A DNA stretch of 64,000 nt, from contig CALDSL010000003.1 in assembly GCA_937920255.1 (NCBI GenBank), positions 2,432 through 66,431 on the forward strand. Direction: 5' to 3'. This stretch comes from an uncultured Anaerolineaceae bacterium. Lineage in GTDB: Bacteria > Chloroflexota > Anaerolineae > Anaerolineales > Anaerolineaceae. Position numbers and translations under genes: made by a program. Shown piece by piece: positions 56,474-64,000 of this stretch (position 1 is the first letter of the stretch; each line of letters starts with the position of its first letter). The notes under the pieces were generated by a model. It saw only the letters and a program-made list of their open reading frames with translations, ran no database searches and was not told where the DNA came from.

Positions 56474-57826
56474 ATGGACAAAACCTCTGCTGGGACATTA
56501 CCGGTTCGAACCAAACTTCTGTACGGCGTGGGCGATGTTGGGAACGCCCTGGTTAATTCGGCCATCCAGTTTTTCCTGCTCAAATTCTACACCGACGGAG
56601 CCTTGATCCTGCCGGCGTTAGTTAGCAGCGCCCTGCTGATCGGCAAAATTTGGGACGCAATCAACGACCCATTGATGGGTTGGTTGACCGACCGCAGCAC
56701 GCATCGCCTGGGAAAACGGCGCGTATTTATGCTGTTTGGCGCTGTACCGCTGGGGATCAGCGTGGCCTTGCTGTGGTTCGTCCCGGCCGGGATGCCGGCG
56801 CTGTGGACTTTCGTGTGGATCGCGCTGACCTTTACGCTGTTTGACACGCTCTGGACGCTGACCAACGTGCCATACTACGCGCTGACCTCCGAGCTAACCG
56901 AGAACTACGATGAGCGCAGCAGCCTGACCGCCTACCGCATGGTGATGGCGGTGCCTGCCTACCTGGTCGGAGCGGCGATCACCCCGGCCATTGTTGGCGC
57001 GTTTGCCATTCAGCGCACCGGCTATGCCGCCATCGGTATTATCTACGGCGTACTGGCGGCGCTGGCGCTTCTGGGGTGCGCGTTTGGCATACGCGAGCGG
57101 AAAACCCCCACGCCAGAGACTGCGAGCCGTTCCAAACCGCTGGAATCGTTGAAAATCGCGCTGCGAAACAAGCCGTTTGTGCGTCTGCTAGCAGCGTATA
57201 TCATCCTCAATATGGCCTTTGCGCTGATCAAGACGCTGATGGCGTATTTCCTCCAGTACCAGCTCGATATGGCCGCCGAGACGACTTTGGTGATGGGTCT
57301 GCTGCTCATCTGCGTGACGCTGTCGCTATTTGTGTGGAAGAAAATCTCCGAACGGCTGGACAAAGGCCCATCCTACGCAATCGGGATGCTGATCGGGGCG
57401 CTGGCGGTGTCGTTTATGTTCTTCCTGCCAAACGCGAAAACAGCGCTGGTCTACCCCATCGCCGCGCTGGCCGGTTTTGGCTTTGGCGCGCAGTGGATCT
57501 TCCCGTGGGCCATGGTGGCGGATGTAGCCGACGTCGACCGGGCCAAAACCGGCGAGCAGCGCAGCGGCATGTATTATGGCGTGTGGGGTCTGGTCACCAA
57601 GCTGTCCGAGGCGCTGGCGATTGCCGCCAGCGGCTGGATCCTGACCGGGTTTGGCTATGTGCCCAACGTGGCGCAGACTGAATTCGCGCGGTTGGGGATA
57701 CGGCTGTTCTTTGGCCCGGTACCGGCCGTTTTGATCCTGCTGGCGCTGCCGCTGCTGATCTGGTACCCGATCACGCGCAAATCGCACGCGGCTATCCAAC
57801 AGCTCGAAACCAAAGGTGAGGCATGA
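56474..57826 (+). CDS. GPH-family (glycoside-pentoside-hexuronide) cation symporter
   Basis: KLLYGVGDVGN and DAINDPLMGWLTDR motifs typical of the MelB/GPH family. About 12 TM helices. Confidence 0.85.
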   Translation: MDKTSAGTLPVRTKLLYGVGDVGNALVNSAIQFFLLKFYTDGALILPALVSSALLIGKIWDAINDPLMGWLTDRSTHRLGKRRVFMLFGAVPLGISVALLWFVPAGMPALWTFVWIALTFTLFDTLWTLTNVPYYALTSELTENYDERSSLTAYRMVMAVPAYLVGAAITPAIVGAFAIQRTGYAAIGIIYGVLAALALLGCAFGIRERKTPTPETASRSKPLESLKIALRNKPFVRLLAAYIILNMAFALIKTLMAYFLQYQLDMAAETTLVMGLLLICVTLSLFVWKKISERLDKGPSYAIGMLIGALAVSFMFFLPNAKTALVYPIAALAGFGFGAQWIFPWAMVADVADVDRAKTGEQRSGMYYGVWGLVTKLSEALAIAASGWILTGFGYVPNVAQTEFARLGIRLFFGPVPAVLILLALPLLIWYPITRKSHAAIQQLETKGEA

Positions 57827-58893
57827 GCAAACCCATCGGCGTCGCCATCGTCGGCTGTGGCCGCATTTCGGATCTGCACGGGCTGGGTTACCAGGGTCTG
57901 GACAGCGCCCACATCGTGGCCGTGACCGATCCCAACCAGACGCGGGCGCGTGAAAAAGCCAGTAAGTGGGGCGTTAAAAAGATTTACCGCGACTACCAGC
58001 AGGTGCTGGACGACCCGGATGTAGACCTGGTGGAACTGCTCACACCGCATCACCTGCACTGCTCGATGACCATCGCCGCCTGCAAGGCGGGCAAGCACGT
58101 CTCGGTGCAGAAACCCATGGCCATCGACAGCCGCGAAGCCACACTGATGATTGACGCGGCCAACGCGGCCAAGGTAAAGCTGCGCATCTATGAGAACTTT
58201 GTGTTTTACCCGCCCGCCGTCCGCGCACGCGAGCTGATCCAGAAGGGCGCCATCGGCGAGCCGCGCATGATCCGCATGCACGTCAGCACCGGCACCGGCG
58301 ACACGGGTTGGAAAATCCCCTTGAGTGCCTGGATGTGGCGCATCGACGATAAGAAATCCGGCGGCGGCCCGCTGGTATTCGACCACGGCTACCACCTCTT
58401 CTCGCTGGCCTACGATCTGCTCGGCCCGGTGGAGCGGGTGTACGCCTGGATCGACAAGACCACGATTCTGCCCGGGGTGAACGTCGATGCGCCGGCAGCG
58501 ATCATGTTCCAGTTCAAGGCGCCGCGCTGCTACGGCATGCTCGATTTCGAGCACACGCCCAAGATGCGCATCTACTCCAAGTATTACAGCGACGACGACC
58601 GTGTCGAAATCATCGGCGAGACGGGCATCCTGATGATCAACCGCTACACCGCGCGTACGGTTGATTTGCCAGAGCTAATGCTGTTCCAGGACGGAAAGAC
58701 CACCCCTATCCCGGTGGAAGGCGTTGAATGGGAAGACAGCTTTATCGCTGCCACGCGCCACATGGTTGACGTCATCCGCGACGATGTTCCCGCCCGGTTG
58801 GACGGCTACACCGGCAAAGAAGTGCTTAAATTCGCCCTCGCGGCGCAGCGCTCGGCGCGCTTGCACCGCGAAGTGCGCCCGGATGAGCTATAA
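57823..58893 (+). CDS. Gfo/Idh/MocA family oxidoreductase
   Basis: GVAIVGCGRIS Rossmann motif and the EKP-like QKPMA motif. ATGA overlap with the transporter gene. Confidence 0.85.
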   Translation: MSKPIGVAIVGCGRISDLHGLGYQGLDSAHIVAVTDPNQTRAREKASKWGVKKIYRDYQQVLDDPDVDLVELLTPHHLHCSMTIAACKAGKHVSVQKPMAIDSREATLMIDAANAAKVKLRIYENFVFYPPAVRARELIQKGAIGEPRMIRMHVSTGTGDTGWKIPLSAWMWRIDDKKSGGGPLVFDHGYHLFSLAYDLLGPVERVYAWIDKTTILPGVNVDAPAAIMFQFKAPRCYGMLDFEHTPKMRIYSKYYSDDDRVEIIGETGILMINRYTARTVDLPELMLFQDGKTTPIPVEGVEWEDSFIAATRHMVDVIRDDVPARLDGYTGKEVLKFALAAQRSARLHREVRPDEL

Positions 58894-58973
58894 CAAGGCG
58901 ATAACACCGCGAAGAGATTTCGATATACAGGTCTAGTCAGGCACGCTATAATTAAGTTCAATTCGCAATCCGT

Positions 58974-59489
58974 TTGCCGTTCCATAAGACCGTCATGGGC
59001 CGCAAGCATACCAGACCTGTTCGCTCGCTCCAGCAGTTATTTCCTCCGTCTGAACCGTGCAGCTGCGAGGTATGCGTGCAGTTTTGCCGGCGGCCGGGCT
59101 GGTGGACAGTGGATGAAGCCGAGGCGGTCGTCCGGGCAGGGTTGGCAGAACGGATGATGCTGGAACTCTCTCCAGACCGGTCGTATGGCGTGCTTTCGCC
59201 GGCTTTCCGAGGCTGCGAATGCCTGTACGCCGTGCAGGAATACAGCAAGTACGGCTGTACCTTCCTCCTGCATGGCCGCTGCGATCTGCACGGCAGCGGG
59301 AAGATGCCGCTGGAATGCCGGTTTTGCCACCATGACCGCCGCGGCCAGGGTGAAATTTGCCATGCGGCGCTGGAGCAAGACTGGAATACCCCAGCCGGCC
59401 AGGCGCTGGTTGAGCGCTGGCAGCGGCTCACCGGTTTTTGGAAACGCGGTATTAACCTCAGGATGCGGGATACATTAAAGAGCTTATAG
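58974..59489 (+). CDS. Cysteine-rich hypothetical protein, distantly YkgJ-like Cys-cluster
   Basis: CSCEVCVQFC and GCTFLLHGRCDLH...ECRFCHH patterns. The start is uncertain (TTG at 58974 or ATG at 58995) and neither has a clear RBS. Confidence 0.45.
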   Translation: MPFHKTVMGRKHTRPVRSLQQLFPPSEPCSCEVCVQFCRRPGWWTVDEAEAVVRAGLAERMMLELSPDRSYGVLSPAFRGCECLYAVQEYSKYGCTFLLHGRCDLHGSGKMPLECRFCHHDRRGQGEICHAALEQDWNTPAGQALVERWQRLTGFWKRGINLRMRDTLKSL

Positions 59490-59496
59490 GATAGGA

Positions 59497-59549
59497 CCGA
59501 AACAAACAATGAGCCGCAGGGTGCGCCTGCGGCTCATTGTTTGTTTCGG
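59497..59549. terminator. Bidirectional terminator with a 24-bp perfect stem
   Basis: ccgaaacaaacaatgagccgcagg-gtgcg-cctgcggctcattgtttgtttcgg, between convergent genes. Confidence 0.85.
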
Positions 59550-59554
59550 GCAAT

Positions 59555-59740
59555 TTAGTGCTGGTGGCCGGCGAGGTTTTCCGCGCCGGGTAGCTTTCCC
59601 GACAACTGCTGGGGCTTGTGGATCAATACCGGTAGATCCGACGGGCAGATCCAATAGCTATTTCCCTGTGATTGGATCGACAGGAGCGGTACTTCCTGGC
59701 TGCTGCGTTGGCACACAATACACTTTTCTTCGTGATTCAT
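59555..59740 (-). CDS. 61-aa CxxC-containing microprotein
   Basis: AAGGAGACAAGG then ATG gives a strong RBS. The gene lies 15 nt downstream of the PAC2 gene stop. It has CIVC plus one more Cys. Confidence 0.55.
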   Translation of the reverse strand: MNHEEKCIVCQRSSQEVPLLSIQSQGNSYWICPSDLPVLIHKPQQLSGKLPGAENLAGHQH

Positions 59741-59755
59741 CCTTGTCTCCTTGAC

Positions 59756-60703
59756 CTATTCTTCCGGATCACCGGTTGCCTCTCCGTCGTCCATCTTGTC
59801 CAGCAGACGGCGGAGCTCTTCGTCCCACACTTCATCGAGCGGGTTAAAGACCTGTTCCTGAAAATTCGCCGCGATTTCGTCCAGGCGACCCTGTACGTCC
59901 ACGTCTGGTGATGACTGCTCCAGTTCATCAAATTTCTCGCGCACTGCTGCGGTAAGCTGCTCGCTGCTTTGCTCCAGCTCGCCAAGCGGGATATTGATTT
60001 TGAGCATATAGTTGATCCGCCGCACGATTGCCAGCCAGGCGGAAAAATCGTTTTCAATGCGCAGCGTGTTGCCCATCTGTTCCGATCCGGAAAGATCGTA
60101 GGCCGGCACAAAGGCATAGAATCCGGTGTACGCCATGTTCTGCTCACCGGCGCGCTTGCAAATGACCGAATCAATGCTGGCCCCACCCTGGTAATCAGAA
60201 AAGTTCACGGAGAGATGGTTAAGTTCTTCGCGCATGGCGCGCATCGAGTAGATACAGGAGATGTTGCGTTCTTTGTCGAACGGCACTTCGCCGTACACGC
60301 CGCCAACCCCAATCATGCGCTTGACGTTCAGCGCGCGGGCGCTCTCCAACAGCACCGAGACGTAGCGTTCAATATCCATGTGTGGCTCATCGCCCACAAA
60401 AATCACCAGGCCGCGGTCATCCAATTCAACATAGTAAAAATCGTTATGCGGGGTTTCCAACTCCACCGGATAGCCGTCATCAAACTGAACCACCGGGCGC
60501 ACCAGATCGTGCGTGCCTGGGAACTGGAACAGGTAAAATCCATCCGGGCGCATGTACCCGATCTTTTCCGCGCCCAGGTGCTGGATCAAATAATCGGGCA
60601 GACCAGACGATACCGCGCCCGCATCCGCCCACTGGCGCCAGCCGGCCAGCAGGTAGATCTCTTTTGCTTCCGGGCGGCGATACAATTCAAATCCTTCTGC
60701 CAT
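59756..60703 (-). CDS. PAC2 (proteasome assembly chaperone 2-like) family protein
   Basis: 315 aa. The LLAGWRQWADAGAVSS and GVGGVYGEVP layout is typical of bacterial PAC2-family proteins. Acidic C-tail. Confidence 0.7.
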   Translation of the reverse strand: MAEGFELYRRPEAKEIYLLAGWRQWADAGAVSSGLPDYLIQHLGAEKIGYMRPDGFYLFQFPGTHDLVRPVVQFDDGYPVELETPHNDFYYVELDDRGLVIFVGDEPHMDIERYVSVLLESARALNVKRMIGVGGVYGEVPFDKERNISCIYSMRAMREELNHLSVNFSDYQGGASIDSVICKRAGEQNMAYTGFYAFVPAYDLSGSEQMGNTLRIENDFSAWLAIVRRINYMLKINIPLGELEQSSEQLTAAVREKFDELEQSSPDVDVQGRLDEIAANFQEQVFNPLDEVWDEELRRLLDKMDDGEATGDPEE

Positions 60704-60833
60704 TCGATGCCTCTCCTTGCTGTGGCAATTTTATTCTCCCCAGTATATACCATATTCGTCCGATTTTGACCAAACGGTTGAATCTGGCGATGCCGATTAT
60801 AATTAACCGACACCACGGAAACGGGAAATCCGC

Positions 60834-62138
60834 ATGCGAAGAAAACCAATCAAATTTTGGCAGGCAGTCCGGATCACGGCGGCAGTTTTGCTGCTCATGG
60901 CGATCATCTGGTTCTGGCTGGTACCATTCATACAAGAACTGAGCAAATCGCCCGCGTCGGAATACCAGCAGCAGGGCGACGAATTCCGTTCGCAGGGGCG
61001 GCTGCCTGAAGCGGTGCTTTCCTACCGCCAGGCGCTCAATGCCGACCCCGGCAGCCAGGCCGCGCGCAGCGCGCTGTCTGAAGCCTACCGCGCGCAAGGG
61101 CGGCTGCGCATGGCGGCGCGCTATGCGATTGAGGGCCAAAAGCCGGCGCTTGAAACAGGCGACTACCAACCTGCGATCTGGACGTTTGCTGACATTGATT
61201 CGTCCCCGACCGGCGCGGCGATGGTGGATAATGCTCTGCTGGCACTGTACGAAGATGGCACAGCGGTCTCGCTGCGGCTGGAGGATGGCGCGTTGCTGTG
61301 GACCGCGCGTCTGCCGTCTGCGGCAACGTCTGCACCCTCGGCTGATGAACAGCTCGTATATGCCGGTGCTGAGGATGGGAAATTATATGCTCTCAACCGC
61401 CAGGACGGCACACAACGCTGGTCCTTCGCCACCCATGGTCCGATCTATGCTGCCACCACCAGCGTGGATGGCGTGGTGTACCTTCCTTCCAGCGACGGCA
61501 ACCTGTATGCCTTACGCGCCGGTGATGGCAGCCTGCTGTGGAAGTTTGCCACGCGCGGCGCGCTGCATTCCGCGGTCACCGTCAGCGGCGGCCGGGTGGT
61601 GTTTGGCTCGCACGATGCGCGCGTGTACGCACTCGATGCTGCCAGCGGCGCTCCGGCATGGCAGGATGGCATCCTTACCAACGGGGCGGTTGAAAACCAG
61701 CCAGCAGTAATTGAGAACCGCATCATCCTCGGCTCGGGAGATGGGCGCGTGTATGCGCTTGCGCTCGACAGCGGCGGCCAGTTCTGGCGCGCCTCTACGC
61801 CCGATGCGGTCTACGCCGCGCCAGTGGTGGTTGGAGGGGTGGTGTACATTGCTTCCAGCGGGAAGACTCTTTCAGCCATTGATCTGGAAAGCGGTAAGAA
61901 ACTGTGGCAGGCGGAACTTCCTGGCAGTCTGCGCAACCCACCGGTCATCGCTGGCGACAGCCTGTACTTCAGCGTTGATGCCGATGCGGGGTTGTACCGC
62001 GTAGACGCAACCAGCGGCGCAGTTACCCGGCTGGGCAGCACCGGTGATTGGGTCGCGTTCGGGCCGTGGATCGCTGGCGAGCGGTTGTTCGTGGCAGGCA
62101 AGGACGGCGCGCTGTTGGCCTTCCCGCTACCACGTTAA
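60834..62138 (+). CDS. Membrane-anchored TPR and PQQ-like beta-propeller repeat protein
   Basis: N-terminal TM helix and one TPR-like unit. Repeated YAGAEDGKLYAL, LPSSDGNLYAL, GSHDARVYAL and GSGDGRVYAL blades. Confidence 0.8.
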   Translation: MRRKPIKFWQAVRITAAVLLLMAIIWFWLVPFIQELSKSPASEYQQQGDEFRSQGRLPEAVLSYRQALNADPGSQAARSALSEAYRAQGRLRMAARYAIEGQKPALETGDYQPAIWTFADIDSSPTGAAMVDNALLALYEDGTAVSLRLEDGALLWTARLPSAATSAPSADEQLVYAGAEDGKLYALNRQDGTQRWSFATHGPIYAATTSVDGVVYLPSSDGNLYALRAGDGSLLWKFATRGALHSAVTVSGGRVVFGSHDARVYALDAASGAPAWQDGILTNGAVENQPAVIENRIILGSGDGRVYALALDSGGQFWRASTPDAVYAAPVVVGGVVYIASSGKTLSAIDLESGKKLWQAELPGSLRNPPVIAGDSLYFSVDADAGLYRVDATSGAVTRLGSTGDWVAFGPWIAGERLFVAGKDGALLAFPLPR

Positions 62139-63571
62139 AGCGTTTCGCGTGGCACCACGCGAATTGCGCTCCCTGGCACCGGACAACCCGATTCGCAGCG
62201 ACCGCAGCCAGTGCATAGGTTCGGGTTGACCGTCACCCGCCCATTATAGGTTACCGCCGCGCTGTTGAGGCATGCCTCCACGCATACCAGGCACTTTGCG
62301 CCCTGGTCCCAAGCCAGGCAGGATTCGCGGATTACATGCGCCACGCCGATACGCATGGTCTCTTTGGTCATGGGCAAAATCGCGGCAACCGGGCATACCT
62401 GGGCGCACAAATCCGGGCAGCTCGGGTTGAGCGCGCAGCCGCCCATGCGCGGGACGAGCACCGGGGTACCCAAACCGGCCAGCCCGGCCTCGAACAGCGC
62501 CGGTTGCAAGCCGCCCGTCGGGCAGACGCGAATGCACTCCTGGCACAGGATGCAGGTACGCAGGAAATCCGGCTCTGGCAGCGCACCGGGCGGGCGCAGC
62601 ACCGGCTTTTGATCTGGCAACGCTTCGGCGATCGGCACAGCCGCCGCTCCCAGCAGCGCCGCCCCCGCGGACCCCAGGAATGCCCTGCGGCTGATCCCGC
62701 CCACCGGGCTGGGAATAGCCGCAGGAATTGGAGTTCTGAACCCAAACCGGATGCCGTCTCGGTCGCAGACGCCGGTACATTCCAGGCAGAAGGTACAGTG
62801 CGAATAATCGGTTATCTCCACTCCGTCGATCATGGCGTTCATCGGGCAGGCGCGCTCGCACAGACGGCAGCCAGTGCAGGCTGATGGCGACACCCACCGG
62901 CGCAACAGGCTGAAGCGTGAAACCAGCCCCAGCAGCGCGCCAAACGGGCACAGATTGCGGCACCAGAAGCGCGGCTGCCACAACTCAAGGGCAATAATGC
63001 CCACAAATGCCAGCAAAACTGTGCCGGATGCGGCCAGCCAGCCCGCCTTTGGGCCGGTTAACGCATGCGCCAGGCTGGTGCTGACCCGGTGGAATACCAC
63101 CAGCGGGTCCAACAAGCCCACCGAGCGCAGCGAAACGATGCTGGCCCCCAGGACTACTGCCAGAATCCAGTAGCGCAATAGGCTATTGCGATTGGATGGA
63201 AACAGCCCGCCAGCGTGTTTGAGCGGTTTACGCTTTTGCCAGAACGCCAGAGGGCGAATAAGGCCAAGCAAAGTGCCCAGCGGGCAGACCCAGCCGCAGA
63301 AAAAGCGGCCGAACAACAGCGTCAGCGCCAGCAGCAACAGCGGCCCGCCGATCACCAGCACCAGCCCGCGGTGCGCCGTCTGCCCGGCAGCGATCATCGG
63401 GTCAAACGCCAGAAGCCAGGATGCGAATACCGGAGCGGGCGAATAGGTGAGCCTCTGGTACAGCGCCACGCTCAATGGGTACAGGAATAACGCCAGGAAG
63501 GAAAGCTGCACCAGCCAGCGCCCCACCTGTGTCCAGCGGACAAAATTGCGGTGGTTAGTCTCTGCCTTCAT
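62135..63571 (-). CDS. NapH/MauN-like polytopic membrane protein with several 4Fe-4S ferredoxin motifs
   Basis: FFCGWVCPLG and FWCRNLCPFG membrane Cys motifs, and multiple CxxCxxCxxxCP motifs. I chose the ATG at 63571 (MKAETNHRNF). Confidence 0.75.
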   Translation of the reverse strand: MKAETNHRNFVRWTQVGRWLVQLSFLALFLYPLSVALYQRLTYSPAPVFASWLLAFDPMIAAGQTAHRGLVLVIGGPLLLLALTLLFGRFFCGWVCPLGTLLGLIRPLAFWQKRKPLKHAGGLFPSNRNSLLRYWILAVVLGASIVSLRSVGLLDPLVVFHRVSTSLAHALTGPKAGWLAASGTVLLAFVGIIALELWQPRFWCRNLCPFGALLGLVSRFSLLRRWVSPSACTGCRLCERACPMNAMIDGVEITDYSHCTFCLECTGVCDRDGIRFGFRTPIPAAIPSPVGGISRRAFLGSAGAALLGAAAVPIAEALPDQKPVLRPPGALPEPDFLRTCILCQECIRVCPTGGLQPALFEAGLAGLGTPVLVPRMGGCALNPSCPDLCAQVCPVAAILPMTKETMRIGVAHVIRESCLAWDQGAKCLVCVEACLNSAAVTYNGRVTVNPNLCTGCGRCESGCPVPGSAIRVVPRETL

Positions 63572-64000
63572 GCCCCTCACCATCATCATTGCCCCGTTTT
63601 CGAGTCTGCGCCGCCGCCACCACACCCGCGCCGATCAGCACGCCTGCCGCGGGTATGAGCGCCATGTTCAGGAACGGGCGCGCGTCCACCACAGGCTGGG
63701 TGCAGCTCTCCCCGCTGGCCACATTGATACCAACGGCTTCCAAACCGGCGTCGGGTGGTAGCGGCGTGGCCGTCGGGAAGGCTGTGGCCGTGCCAGCAGG
63801 GCCGGATGGGGTCAATGTAATGGTCTCCTGTTGCGGAGCCGCGGAGGGCGCAGGCTGTGTGGGCGTGGGGAGCGGCATTCCCACCTGCACGATCTGGAAA
63901 CGGCCGTCCTGCAGCGCGGCTTCCAGATCGACGCTACCGGCGCCGGATTCGGCTGCACGCAAAATATAGGGCAGTTCCTCCGGCAGCATGTCGAAGTAAT
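63555..64000 (-). CDS. Hypothetical protein with Pro/Thr-rich linker and C-terminal TM anchor; partial, the 5' end probably lies beyond the window
   Basis: The reading frame is open to the window edge. The C-terminus ALIPAAGVLIGAGVVAAA is hydrophobic. Overlaps the downstream Fe-S gene by 17 nt. Confidence 0.4.
   Translation of the reverse strand, partial: YFDMLPEELPYILRAAESGAGSVDLEAALQDGRFQIVQVGMPLPTPTQPAPSAAPQQETITLTPSGPAGTATAFPTATPLPPDAGLEAVGINVASGESCTQPVVDARPFLNMALIPAAGVLIGAGVVAAAQTRKRGNDDGEGHEGRD

Overview
High-GC bacterial chromosomal window, densely coding with about 60 supported CDSs and no rRNA, tRNA or CRISPR that I could see. The gene content (F420 biosynthesis, an LPXTG protein with its sortase, split transketolase, a PAC2 protein) suggests a Chloroflexota-like organism; that is inference only. 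Main blocks, left to right: (1) comEA, DUF1385 and M20 peptidase on the minus strand. (2) An LPETG-anchored S8 protease followed by its sortase. (3) ssnA followed by an F420 block: npdG, cofE, cofD, cofC, a PPOX-class enzyme and an LLM-class enzyme. (4) A roughly 13 kb molybdenum-hydroxylase supercluster. It holds two xanthine-dehydrogenase-family enzymes with reciprocal domain fusions, a CBS-DHH pyrophosphatase, XdhC, a small 2-TM protein, YqeB, a YqeC-MocA fusion and a second MocA. These are the marker genes of the selenium-dependent molybdenum hydroxylase system. (5) cobB and a class IV aminotransferase. (6) A five-gene minus-strand string: MrfA-like DUF1998 helicase, MrfB-like exonuclease, SAM methyltransferase, an unknown protein and DUF2007. 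(7) MFS transporter, prepilin peptidase and ttcA. (8) A lower-GC islet: a 31-bp perfect palindrome, a consensus promoter, a tyrosine recombinase and a secreted S8-PA protease. (9) A liv-type ABC transporter with a LivM-LivG fusion. (10) A 750-bp AT-rich intergenic region containing an inverted-repeat-bounded, hairpin-rich element. (11) A DksA-type zinc finger fused to a PP2C phosphatase, an MFS transporter and an orphan JAB/MPN-like protein. (12) Mn catalase and a VIT1 transporter. (13) A carbohydrate or cyclitol cluster: split transketolase, IclR, an IolD-like TPP enzyme, an RpiB-like isomerase, a GPH symporter and a Gfo/Idh/MocA oxidoreductase. (14) Cys-rich proteins, PAC2, a PQQ-like propeller and a NapH-like Fe-S membrane protein. 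The best leads for something undescribed are the Mo-hydroxylase/F420 supercluster with its embedded membrane protein, the orphan JAB protein, the structured AT-rich element, and the mrfAB-extended operon. All functional calls come from motif recognition by eye; no database search was run.
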